Shown here one piece after another: positions 47,130-55,487 of a stretch of DNA of 64,000 bases. The notes beneath the pieces are model-generated. The model was not told the DNA's origin and did no database searches. It saw only the letters and a program-made list of their open reading frames with translations. A program made the translations under genes and the position numbers. The first letter of the stretch is position 1. The number at the start of each line of letters is the position of its first letter. Origin of the DNA: an uncultured Poribacteria bacterium (lineage in GTDB: Bacteria; Poribacteria; WGA-4E; WGA-3G); the NCBI GenBank assembly GCA_958296135.2, contig CATQHZ020000001.1, forward strand, positions 896,001 through 960,000, in the 5' to 3' direction.

Positions 47130-48455
47130 CTACGGGGTTGATGCTGCGGGAGTCTCCGGTTCGTCTGCGGGGACTAGAAATGGCTTAACCGATTTCAGGT
47201 AGCGACTCGGCACGCGCGCGTTGACGCGGACAGCCTCCGCGGCGTAGACAGTATCAAGCACGGTGCCGTGCTTATAGAGCAGATCCAAGGTTTTACCCTC
47301 CGTATAAGGGATACTGAGCTCTAGTGTAGCCCCGCGATTAACAAAACGCTGTGCCAACGCCTCCCTTAATGCCTCAATGCCGTCACCGCGTTGTGCGGAG
47401 ACAGCCAGTGCCTCTGGGTAGCGGCTCCGCAGGAGATGGAGTTCTTCTTCCGTTTCAAGCCGGTCGGTCTTGTTGAAAGCCATCAGCATTGGGATGTCGG
47501 TGGCATCCAATTCGGCGAGGACTTCATTGACAGCGTCGATCTGTGCCTCCGCCTCTGGATGGCTGACATCAACGACATGGAGCAGTAGTTCTGCTTCAAC
47601 AACTTCCTCTAGCGTTGCCTTGAATGCGGCGACGAGTTGGTGTGGCAGCTTTTTGATGAATCCGACGGTATCACTCAGCAGTATCTGCTGATTTTGCGGC
47701 AAGTTCACCTTCCGCGTGGTGGAGTCCAACGTTGCGAACAATTGGTTTTCAACGAGGACGTTTTCGCCGGTGAGCGTATTAAATAGCGTTGATTTTCCGG
47801 CGTTCGTGTAGCCGACGAGCGAGACGTTAATCTTTTCTTCTCGGCTGCGCCGCCGGACGTGCCGCCGCTTTTCTACCGTGTCTAGAGCCTTTTTGACTTG
47901 GGCGATATGTCGGCGGATCCAACGTCTGTCCATCTCAAGTTGCGTTTCGCCGGGGCCGCGGAGGTAACCTCCTCCTCCACCGCCGCCCGTTGCGAGTCGC
48001 GAGAGGTGTGTCCACATCCGCGTTAAGCGTGGTAGGGCGTATTCCAGTTGCGCTAAGGCTACCTGGAGACGTGCCTCCTTGGTCAAAGCGCGTTGTGCGA
48101 AGACTTGTAGGATGAGCCCGGTCCTATCCACGGTGGCGATATCGAGGACTTTCTCGATATTTCGCGTTTGCGCCGGTGACAGTTCTTCGTCAAAGATAAT
48201 TGCGTCTGCTTCAAGTTCTTCGGCGAGCGTTTTCAGTTCTTCAACCTTTCCTTCGCCAATAAAGTAGGTTGGGTTTGGCACATTGCGGGGCTGAATCGTC
48301 TCGCAGACAGGTTCAATGCCTGCTGTTTCAGTGAGTTGGCGCAGTTCCTGGAGCGATTCTTCTGTTTCGTGCATCAAGGCCTCTCGGAGTTTTACGCCGA
48401 CGAGGATGGCCCGTGAGGGCGGGTTGGGTGCTTGGGTATCATAAAGTTGTTGCAT
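47130..48455 (-). CDS. hflX: GTPase HflX
   Basis: GPGETQLE.DRR, GYTNAGKST, LFATLD, DTVGF, NKTD. Confidence 0.97.
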   Translation of the reverse strand: MQQLYDTQAPNPPSRAILVGVKLREALMHETEESLQELRQLTETAGIEPVCETIQPRNVPNPTYFIGEGKVEELKTLAEELEADAIIFDEELSPAQTRNIEKVLDIATVDRTGLILQVFAQRALTKEARLQVALAQLEYALPRLTRMWTHLSRLATGGGGGGGYLRGPGETQLEMDRRWIRRHIAQVKKALDTVEKRRHVRRRSREEKINVSLVGYTNAGKSTLFNTLTGENVLVENQLFATLDSTTRKVNLPQNQQILLSDTVGFIKKLPHQLVAAFKATLEEVVEAELLLHVVDVSHPEAEAQIDAVNEVLAELDATDIPMLMAFNKTDRLETEEELHLLRSRYPEALAVSAQRGDGIEALREALAQRFVNRGATLELSIPYTEGKTLDLLYKHGTVLDTVYAAEAVRVNARVPSRYLKSVKPFLVPADEPETPAASTP

Positions 48456-48557
48456 GGATTCTCCTTGTAAATGTTACAGAGATAGTATATCATAAAAGTG
48501 TGATATTTTCAATTAAAATCCGGTTTGGGAGAAAAACTTCATCAATTTTGATTTTTC

Positions 48558-48586
48558 TTGACATGCGTTCCATTTTTTGCTATAAT
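48558..48586 (+). promoter_or_regulatory. Consensus sigma70 promoter
   Basis: Exact TTGACA-17 bp-TATAAT with extended -10 TG and AT-rich upstream element. Confidence 0.85.
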
Positions 48587-48592
48587 TAATTT

Positions 48593-49470
48593 AGCAATGG
48601 TGAGCAGAGAATGGGCTATTTTTGCGGAAGTCCTGCGAATGGAGGGAATGCTCTGGCGCGGCTCCGATGCTGGCGCGAAAAAGATAGACTATGGCAATCC
48701 AAAAACCGAAGAACCCTGAATTACCTGCTGGGCGATATGATATTGTATCAAAGGAGGAGAGTGCTAGAGCCCGAAAATCCGAGTAAATCGATTGAATTCT
48801 CGGTAAGTCTCGTTCATTCGTAACATATCTGATTTAAGTAGTTTTATCTCTCAGGTGAGAGGATGGCGAACGGAGCGTGAAGAACGTTTCCTGCTGCACG
48901 ATACCAAGAGGCAGGCGTAATGTCCTAACCCCCCGTGTGAAGCGTATTAAGAGTCGGTGGTGCGACTGCATCGCTGACGGTGGAGGGGGCCGTAAGTCCG
49001 ACGCGATTCCCTGCCGATTTTTGCGTAGGTTGTTTGTAATAACAAACAACCGAAGATGTGTCATTTGGCTTTCGCAAATGACACTGCGCGCGGTCGACGG
49101 CGCAGCGTATTCGCAAAGCCGAATGCGCATCTTCGGCGTTCGGTAGTCCCGAACGCCTACGCCGTCGACCGACAAAAATCGGAGAAAGGATTGTTTCGCT
49201 GCAGTATCTAGAACTACAAAGAAAACGTCGCGGCTGGTTTGACCGAGACGCAAAACGCCTGTGGAGCTCGCGTAAGACCTCGTAGTATTCGCATTTCTCC
49301 GATTTTGACGCAGTCTTATTCTGTTTACAGAATAAGACATCTTCGGAAACCTGCTTGGAAACCTTCGCAAGCATGCCTACGTCAAAATCGGCAGGTGCGT
49401 TTCGGAGGCGGTAAGTGATGAAGCAGGAACTTAGAAGTCTCGACTTATCTCGATATGTTGAGACTTCGGG
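48593..49470 (+). ncRNA. Candidate large structured non-coding RNA (unclassified)
   Basis: No credible long ORF; more than 10 stems of 8-20 bp in a nested arrangement; strong promoter upstream; three covarying modules. Confidence 0.55.
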
Positions 49471-49506
49471 GAACAGACTATTCACAAATTTATATCGGAG
49501 GCGACG

Positions 49507-49824
49507 ATGTACGAATCTTCTGTTGTTCAACACTTCTTTCAACAAGGCATTGAGCAGGGGCTCGAGCAAGGACTTGAGCAGGGACTTGAGCGGGGTGCGC
49601 GAGAGAGCCTCATTGAAGGCATTCTTGAGGCCCTAGACGTTCGATTCAATTCCGGCGTGTCGCGGACCTTGCATCCGGTGCTTGAATCGATTTCAGACTT
49701 GGAGCATCTGAAAGTTTTGCGTCGTGAAGCGTTTCAGGTCCAAAGTCTTGAAGCGTTCGCGCAGACGTTGGCGGCAAATGGCAATGGCACCGAGCCTGCG
49801 AAGAAAGCGGATACCGCAGCATAA
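49507..49824 (+). CDS. Stand-alone Rpn (YhgA-like) C-terminal domain, RpnS-like
   Basis: GGAGG RBS; MYESS..Q, (G.EQ)n repeats, L..RF, L..I.D...L..L. Confidence 0.7.
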   Translation: MYESSVVQHFFQQGIEQGLEQGLEQGLERGARESLIEGILEALDVRFNSGVSRTLHPVLESISDLEHLKVLRREAFQVQSLEAFAQTLAANGNGTEPAKKADTAA

Positions 49825-49987
49825 TTCCGGAAGCATCTGTCGGCAAATCTTCTTGCGGGTAGAAAGTTTTTGTATGCGTTGGCGCGGAGGCATCTGCGCC
49901 GGTTTCCATCGGATGCCGACGGCCGCAAAGGCGAGCGTCGCTTTCGCGGAGACAGCAACGTTTGCCCTAGGAGTTTGAGAAGACGTT

Positions 49988-51049
49988 ATGAATTTCACAG
50001 CAAATAACGTTCACGCAGGGATAACCATTTCCTCTACAGCTGCAGCTCGCGGTTGTGTGAGACAGATAAATGTCAACGGCAAGGACTTGCATTTGACGAT
50101 TCCGGCTGGCATTAAATCTGGACAAACCTTGTGCCTGAAGGGCCGGGGTTACTCCATCGACGGCGGAGAGCCGGGGGATTTATACGTTAAAATATCCATT
50201 CAGCCCCCTTTGACATCTCCGGAACAGAAGCGTGTGGAGTCTCAAGGTGAAGTGGAAAATGCAGTCAAGAGTTATCTATCTGGTTTGTTTCCATCTCCGT
50301 TTTCTGTTAAGCGGCAATATCCGCTTCGCATCGGTGCTAACCCTTCCAACGCCGACGTTGTGCTTTGTGACGGTGAAGGAAACCTTGCTGCTGTCGCAGT
50401 ATGCAAACGAAATGGGTTCATAGGTAACGGAATTACGCAGTTGCATGCCTACCTCGGCACAACTCATGCGCGATTCGGCATTTTTGCCAATAGCACGAGA
50501 CCCGAGTTGTGGACTTTTCACGAAAATCTGGGGCGGAATCAGTTCAAAGAGGTTCCTCGTGCTCGCTTTGAAAGTGCTGTTTTTGCGGAGCAAGAACGCC
50601 AATCGGCTCTTGAACAGCTTCAACAAAGGATTAACCTGCTAAACAAGCAAAAATCCGAGTTGGAACACGAGTCTGAGTGGCAGCAACAGCCCTCCGTGCT
50701 AGAACGGCTTAAACAGCAGACTGAGCAGTTAGAAGCCGCGAAATCCGAACTTGAAAAAGTTTTTGGCGTGAAGGCGTCGGAAGCCCTGAAATGGCTCAAG
50801 AATCTTCTTGAGGACGACGTTATCCCCGCAAGGGAAACGAGCGATGGCGATATCTACAGAACGCTGACGATTAGTTCTGCCTGCGCGAAACGGGGAGGGC
50901 GCGCAGTGATGTACGTTGGCGGAAAACAGTTGACCGTTAAAGTTCCTGCCGGCACGAAAGATGGGCAAACCTTGCGAATCCGAGGACAAGGTTACCCGAC
51001 AGTTGGCGGTGGACAGGGAGATTTGTATCTGAAAATCTCTGTCTCGTAA
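49988..51049 (+). CDS. DnaJ C-terminal domain - HsdR_N-like domain - coiled coil - DnaJ C-terminal domain protein
   Basis: IPAGIKSGQTLCLKGRG...GDLYV and VPAGTKDGQTLRIRGQG...GDLYL flank V..Y, QY....G...ADVVL, G..QL..YL, FGIFAN. Confidence 0.75.
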   Translation: MNFTANNVHAGITISSTAAARGCVRQINVNGKDLHLTIPAGIKSGQTLCLKGRGYSIDGGEPGDLYVKISIQPPLTSPEQKRVESQGEVENAVKSYLSGLFPSPFSVKRQYPLRIGANPSNADVVLCDGEGNLAAVAVCKRNGFIGNGITQLHAYLGTTHARFGIFANSTRPELWTFHENLGRNQFKEVPRARFESAVFAEQERQSALEQLQQRINLLNKQKSELEHESEWQQQPSVLERLKQQTEQLEAAKSELEKVFGVKASEALKWLKNLLEDDVIPARETSDGDIYRTLTISSACAKRGGRAVMYVGGKQLTVKVPAGTKDGQTLRIRGQGYPTVGGGQGDLYLKISVS

Positions 51050-51072
51050 ACCGGTGAGCATAGGGCAAAATT

Positions 51073-51240
51073 ATGTGGAAACACTTTCTCGTAGCATCAA
51101 TAACGGCCTTGATACTCACAGGCGTGGGTGTTATAAAGACGGATGTGTTCGTTGATGCTGCGGATGCCCTGAGCACGATGGTGTTGGTATTCATCGTAGT
51201 GTTTTTCGTAGAGAAAATTGTCAATTTCTTGTGGAAGTGA
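51073..51240 (+). CDS. Small two-helix membrane protein (55 aa)
   Basis: MWKHFLVASITALILTGVGVIK...MVLVFIVVFFVEKIVNFLWK; below the ORF-track cutoff. Confidence 0.5.
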   Translation: MWKHFLVASITALILTGVGVIKTDVFVDAADALSTMVLVFIVVFFVEKIVNFLWK

Positions 51241-51286
51241 AGAGTTGCATCAGCCAACTCAAAAATCTATTTTCAAAGGAGAATTC

Positions 51287-52474
51287 ATGCTCGCATTATC
51301 ACAACGCAGCCAAGACGTGACACCCTCGTCCACGTTGGCGATTACCGCGAAAATTAACGCCATGATAGCTGATGGCATTGATGTCGTCAAATTCGGTGCA
51401 GGTGAGCCGGATTTTGACACACCGGACTATATCAAAGCCGCTGCTATCGCCGCGCTTGACGCGGGACTCACCAAATACACGCCGGTTCCCGGCACGCCCG
51501 AACTCCGAGAGGCTGTCGCCGCGAAATACAAACGGGACAACGGCTTGGATTATGCCCCCTCGCAGGTAATCGTCTCTTGTGGCGCGAAGCATACTATCTA
51601 TAACATCCTGCAAGCTATCTGCGACCCGGGCGACGAAGTCATCCTCGCCGCGCCGTATTGGGTGAGTTATCCGGAGCAGATTAAACTTGCCGGGGCTATC
51701 CCGCGCGTGATTGATACCACGTCGGCGCAGAACTTCTGCATGCCGCCGGAACAGATTGAAGCGGCCATCAGTCCCAAGACAAAAGCGGTGCTGATTAACA
51801 GCCCGAGCAATCCTACTGGCACCACCTATGACGTGGAGACGCTCAAGCAGATTGCGGACATCGTCGTCAAACACCAAGTCTATCTCATCTCCGATGAGAT
51901 TTACGAGGCGTTGCTTTACGATGGCGCGACGCATGTGAGCCCCGCATCGTTCAACGAGGAGACAAAGGCGATAACGTTCGTCGTCAATGGGGTGTCTAAG
52001 GCGTATTCGATGACGGGCTGGCGCATTGGGTATACCGCCGGGCCTGAGGATGCGATTCAGGCGATGTCGCGTATCCAATCGCACAGCACGTCAAATCCGA
52101 CTTCTATCGCGCAGAGGGCCGCTGTCGCCGCGTTAACACAGCCGCAGGATGCCGTGGAAGAGATGCGGCAGGCGTTTGAGGAACGCCGCGATGTCATCTG
52201 TCAACGCTTTGATGAGATTGATGGCGTGAGTTACGTCAAACCACAGGGTGCGTTCTATATCTTCCCCGATTTTTCGGCGCACTACGGACGCACGCTTGAT
52301 GGGAAAAAGAGCAAGGGTTCAATGGACATCACCGATTATCTGCTCAATTCGGCAGGCGTTGGGGTTGTACCGGGCGACGGATTCGGCGCGGATAATCACC
52401 TCCGTCTCTCTTTTGCTACGTCGTTGACAGAGATTCATCGCGGGTTGGACCGGATTAAAGCGGCGTTGCAGTAA
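51287..52474 (+). CDS. Aspartate aminotransferase (class I/II)
   Basis: GEPDFDTP, TKYT, GAKH, NSPSNPTG, DEIY, SKAYSMTGWRIGY. Confidence 0.93.
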   Translation: MLALSQRSQDVTPSSTLAITAKINAMIADGIDVVKFGAGEPDFDTPDYIKAAAIAALDAGLTKYTPVPGTPELREAVAAKYKRDNGLDYAPSQVIVSCGAKHTIYNILQAICDPGDEVILAAPYWVSYPEQIKLAGAIPRVIDTTSAQNFCMPPEQIEAAISPKTKAVLINSPSNPTGTTYDVETLKQIADIVVKHQVYLISDEIYEALLYDGATHVSPASFNEETKAITFVVNGVSKAYSMTGWRIGYTAGPEDAIQAMSRIQSHSTSNPTSIAQRAAVAALTQPQDAVEEMRQAFEERRDVICQRFDEIDGVSYVKPQGAFYIFPDFSAHYGRTLDGKKSKGSMDITDYLLNSAGVGVVPGDGFGADNHLRLSFATSLTEIHRGLDRIKAALQ

Positions 52475-52544
52475 GTAGCCTGGCGAGGGACAGGTTCTCC
52501 CTCGCCCTACGGGGACTCGCGGCACCTCAATAGGAGGCATTATC

Positions 52545-54263
52545 GTGGCACAACAAACGGCACCAAACCTTGTCTTCGTTATTACCGATGACCAGGGTTA
52601 CGGCGACTTGGGATGCACTGGAAACCCTGTTATTCAGACACCGAATCTGGACGCGCTCGCTGAAAATAGCGTGCGGCTGCAGAATCTACACGTCGGCCCT
52701 ACCTGTTCCCCAACGCGCGCCGGCATCATGACTGGGCATTACTGCAACTCCACTGGCGTGTGGCATACCATCGGGGGCCGCTCGCTTCTGCGCAGCGATG
52801 AAGTTACGATGGCGGATATTTTCCGGCGCAACGGCTATAAAACTGGGATGTTCGGCAAATGGCACCTCGGCGATAACTACCCGTTCCGGCCGCACGATAG
52901 AGGGTTTGAAGAGGCACTCTACCACGGCGGCGGGGGTATCAGTCAAACGCCGGATTACTGGGGCAACGACTATTTTGACGATACCTATTTCAGAAACGGT
53001 TCGGAACAGCCTTATGAAGGCTATTGCACGGATGTCTGGTTTCGGGAGGCGATGGCGTTTATTGAACGCAACCGGGAGCGGCCGTTTTTCTGTTATGTGC
53101 CGACGAACGCGCCTCATGGGCCGTTTCGCGTTCCCGATGCCTACAGCGAGGTGTATCGGAGGAGAGGGGTGCCTGCGGAGCGCGCCAATTTCTATGGGAT
53201 GATATCCAACATTGACGATAACATGGCGCGGCTGCGGCACCATCTCCGAGTCTTGGGGCTTGAGGAGGACACGATTCTCATCTTCATGACAGATAACGGT
53301 TCCGCCGCAGGGTGCGATGTGGATAGGCAGCAGTTTGTGCAAGCAGGCTATAACGCGGGCATGCGCGGTAAGAAGGGTTCGCCTTATGAAGGCGGACATC
53401 GCGTGCCGCTTTTCTTGCAGTGGCCCGCGGGCGGGTTCACTGAAGGACGAGACGTGGACGAACTCACCGCCAACATTGACATTCTGCCGACGCTGATAGA
53501 GCTCTGTGGATTGGAAGTGTCCACACCGGCGCGATTCCATGGCACCAGCATCGCGCCGCTTTTGCGGAACGAGAAAGCCGACTGGCAGGAACGGGTGATT
53601 GTCACCGATTCACAGCGCGTTGAGAACCCGATTAAGTGGAAAGACAGCGCGACGATGTCACAGCGGTGGCGGCTCGTCAACGGCACTGAACTTTACGATA
53701 TCCAAGCCGACCCGGGGCAACGGCACGACATCGCTGATGCGCATCCGCAGGTAGTCGCCGAGTTGCGCGAGCATTATGAAGCGTGGTGGGCGTTGGTGTC
53801 GGAGCGGTTTGATGAGGAGTGCGCAATTGTCGTCGGCACGCAGCACGAGCAGGTTGCGTGTTTAACAACGCACGATTGGCACGGCGATGCACAGGCGTGG
53901 AATCAGGGCATGATTCGCCGCGGCATGGAATGCAACGGCTATTTGGCAGTAGATATCCCGGCAGATGGCGAGTATCGGTTTGAGCTCTGCCGCTGGCCGC
54001 ACGAGGAAGGGCGAGCGATTACGGAGGGCATCCCTGGGGAGCGTCTTGATTTGTATCACGGCGGCCGCGCCTTAGATTTGAAGACAGCGCAGATTCGCAT
54101 CGGTAACCAGACCGCGACGCAGAAAATCGCGCCGGATGCGACGGGTGTCGCGTTTACGTTTGACTTGCAAGCCGGGCAGACGCGCCTCCACACGTTGTTT
54201 TCCGACGAGACCGGGGAGTTAGCAATGGGGGCGTATTATGTGTATGTAACGCGTGTGGTTTGA
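52545..54263 (+). CDS. Arylsulfatase
   Basis: DDQGYGD, CSPTR formylglycine motif, GKWHLG, TDNG. Confidence 0.93.
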   Translation: MAQQTAPNLVFVITDDQGYGDLGCTGNPVIQTPNLDALAENSVRLQNLHVGPTCSPTRAGIMTGHYCNSTGVWHTIGGRSLLRSDEVTMADIFRRNGYKTGMFGKWHLGDNYPFRPHDRGFEEALYHGGGGISQTPDYWGNDYFDDTYFRNGSEQPYEGYCTDVWFREAMAFIERNRERPFFCYVPTNAPHGPFRVPDAYSEVYRRRGVPAERANFYGMISNIDDNMARLRHHLRVLGLEEDTILIFMTDNGSAAGCDVDRQQFVQAGYNAGMRGKKGSPYEGGHRVPLFLQWPAGGFTEGRDVDELTANIDILPTLIELCGLEVSTPARFHGTSIAPLLRNEKADWQERVIVTDSQRVENPIKWKDSATMSQRWRLVNGTELYDIQADPGQRHDIADAHPQVVAELREHYEAWWALVSERFDEECAIVVGTQHEQVACLTTHDWHGDAQAWNQGMIRRGMECNGYLAVDIPADGEYRFELCRWPHEEGRAITEGIPGERLDLYHGGRALDLKTAQIRIGNQTATQKIAPDATGVAFTFDLQAGQTRLHTLFSDETGELAMGAYYVYVTRVV

Positions 54264-54371
54264 GAGTCGGGACGGTTAGAAGGGGCTCTCTCGGTGCGAG
54301 GGTTTCGTGAGGGACAGTGGACATCTCTGCAGCGAGGCTGCAGAGATGATAGCGTTAAAGGTAGCATGTTT

Positions 54372-54503
54372 ACGCGGGGCGACACACGCACATTTTCTGT
54401 AGACGTGTCCGTATTGACGCGGGGCGACACACGCACGTTTGCTGTAGACGTGTCCGTGTTGACGCGGGGCGACACACGCACGTTTGCTGTAGACGTGTCC
54501 GTG
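54372..54503. repeat. 45-bp tandem repeat x3 ending in a REP-like element
   Basis: acgcggggcgacacacgcac(a/g)ttt(t/g)ctgtagacgtgtccgt at 54372, 54417 and 54462. Confidence 0.9.
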
Positions 54504-54515
54504 ACGGCCCTCGCG

Positions 54516-55454
54516 CTACGGCACTGAAAGGAAAGTGATGAACGCGTCCAGATCGGCGAAAAGCGCGTCGGCTAAATCGCCTACGCGCTTGGCGTTCTTC
54601 TCCGTTTCTTCATAATTGAGTTTCACGGAGTAGATATGCGCGAAGACGTGGCGAAAGCCTAAAAGGTTCTCTAATAGCCCAAGGGTTTCTTGAGAGACGA
54701 GCGGCGGACGTTCCTCGCGTGCTTCTGCCATTCGCTTCAGCAACGCCTTATGCCATTCTGCGCCTTCAGGCATATTCGCATCAAAATAGCGCGCGATTTC
54801 CCGGAAAATGTTCTCCATCCTCATATAGATTTCATAGAGGTATCTGGCAATCTCGATCTCTGCGCCGTGCCTGTATCGCGCAGGTGCTTCTTCGATGTGT
54901 TCTAACGCTTCTCCAATCTGTGCCGCGACGCGTTCTATTTCCGCGTGTTCCGCGGCGATGCGCCGTATCAGTTTTCGGCTATTCACTTCGTAAACGTCTC
55001 CTGCTTCACGTTGAGCGTCTGTCCTATAAATAGGCGCGCCGAACTCTGCGCCTTTTTCAATAGGAACGGCTTGACTTTGAACGCTCTCGCGAAACAGCCC
55101 TTCGCAGCTCTCAAAATCAACCAGATCTACTTTGAACCAACGGCTAATATGCTTGGCTTCTACGACTGCCTTGAGGTATTTGTCCTCCGGTATTCCCCAG
55201 ACAGCGATGTCAATATCCGACCATTTTGAGAACCAGTCCTGTTCCGCTAGCGAACCGAAGATGGCGACGCGCGTGGCCCCGAATTCCTCATAAAGCATTG
55301 CCGCCACGCGGTGTGCTGTCTGCCATGCGCGCTGCAATAACGCCTCATCTACTTTCCTATTGCGGAAGTGTTGGTTGAGACGTTCGCGATATGCAGCGAG
55401 TTCTGCTGGTGGTAAGTCTTTTGCCATGTGATGTGGGGCTGTTGGTTGATGCAT
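54516..55454 (-). CDS. Fused MNT nucleotidyltransferase - HEPN (HepT-like) RNase
   Basis: FGSLA...SDIDIAV and VDLV in the N-half; WHK.LL..M and FRHVFAHIY (Rx4H) in the C-half; AAGGAGG RBS. Confidence 0.85.
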   Translation of the reverse strand: MHQPTAPHHMAKDLPPAELAAYRERLNQHFRNRKVDEALLQRAWQTAHRVAAMLYEEFGATRVAIFGSLAEQDWFSKWSDIDIAVWGIPEDKYLKAVVEAKHISRWFKVDLVDFESCEGLFRESVQSQAVPIEKGAEFGAPIYRTDAQREAGDVYEVNSRKLIRRIAAEHAEIERVAAQIGEALEHIEEAPARYRHGAEIEIARYLYEIYMRMENIFREIARYFDANMPEGAEWHKALLKRMAEAREERPPLVSQETLGLLENLLGFRHVFAHIYSVKLNYEETEKNAKRVGDLADALFADLDAFITFLSVP

Positions 55455-55487
55455 GTTAGAAACCTCCTTTGCCTCGTTTCGCGAGTG

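Noticed and set aside
48940-49450. RNase P RNA, suggested by gagtcgg..atcgctg, taagtccg and cgacttat
   Set aside because: The universal GAGGAAAGUCC and ACAGAA.CCGGCUUA elements with the bulged U in P4 are not present; the resemblance is only partial. cmscan should confirm.
48593-49470. tmRNA, group I/II intron, hammerhead or glycine riboswitch
   Set aside because: No tRNA-like ends or Ala-ending tag, no domain V or ordered P7 elements, no CUGANGA/GAAA core. The ctctcagg at 48848 lacks the rest of the glycine aptamer.
48834-49569. Minus-strand ORFs of 178 and 214 aa as genes
   Set aside because: Arg/Ser/Cys-rich, no RBS or recognisable motif, and antisense to a consensus promoter. They cannot be wholly excluded without homolog data.
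54372-54503. Mini-CRISPR
   Set aside because: Head-to-tail 45-bp units with no spacers.
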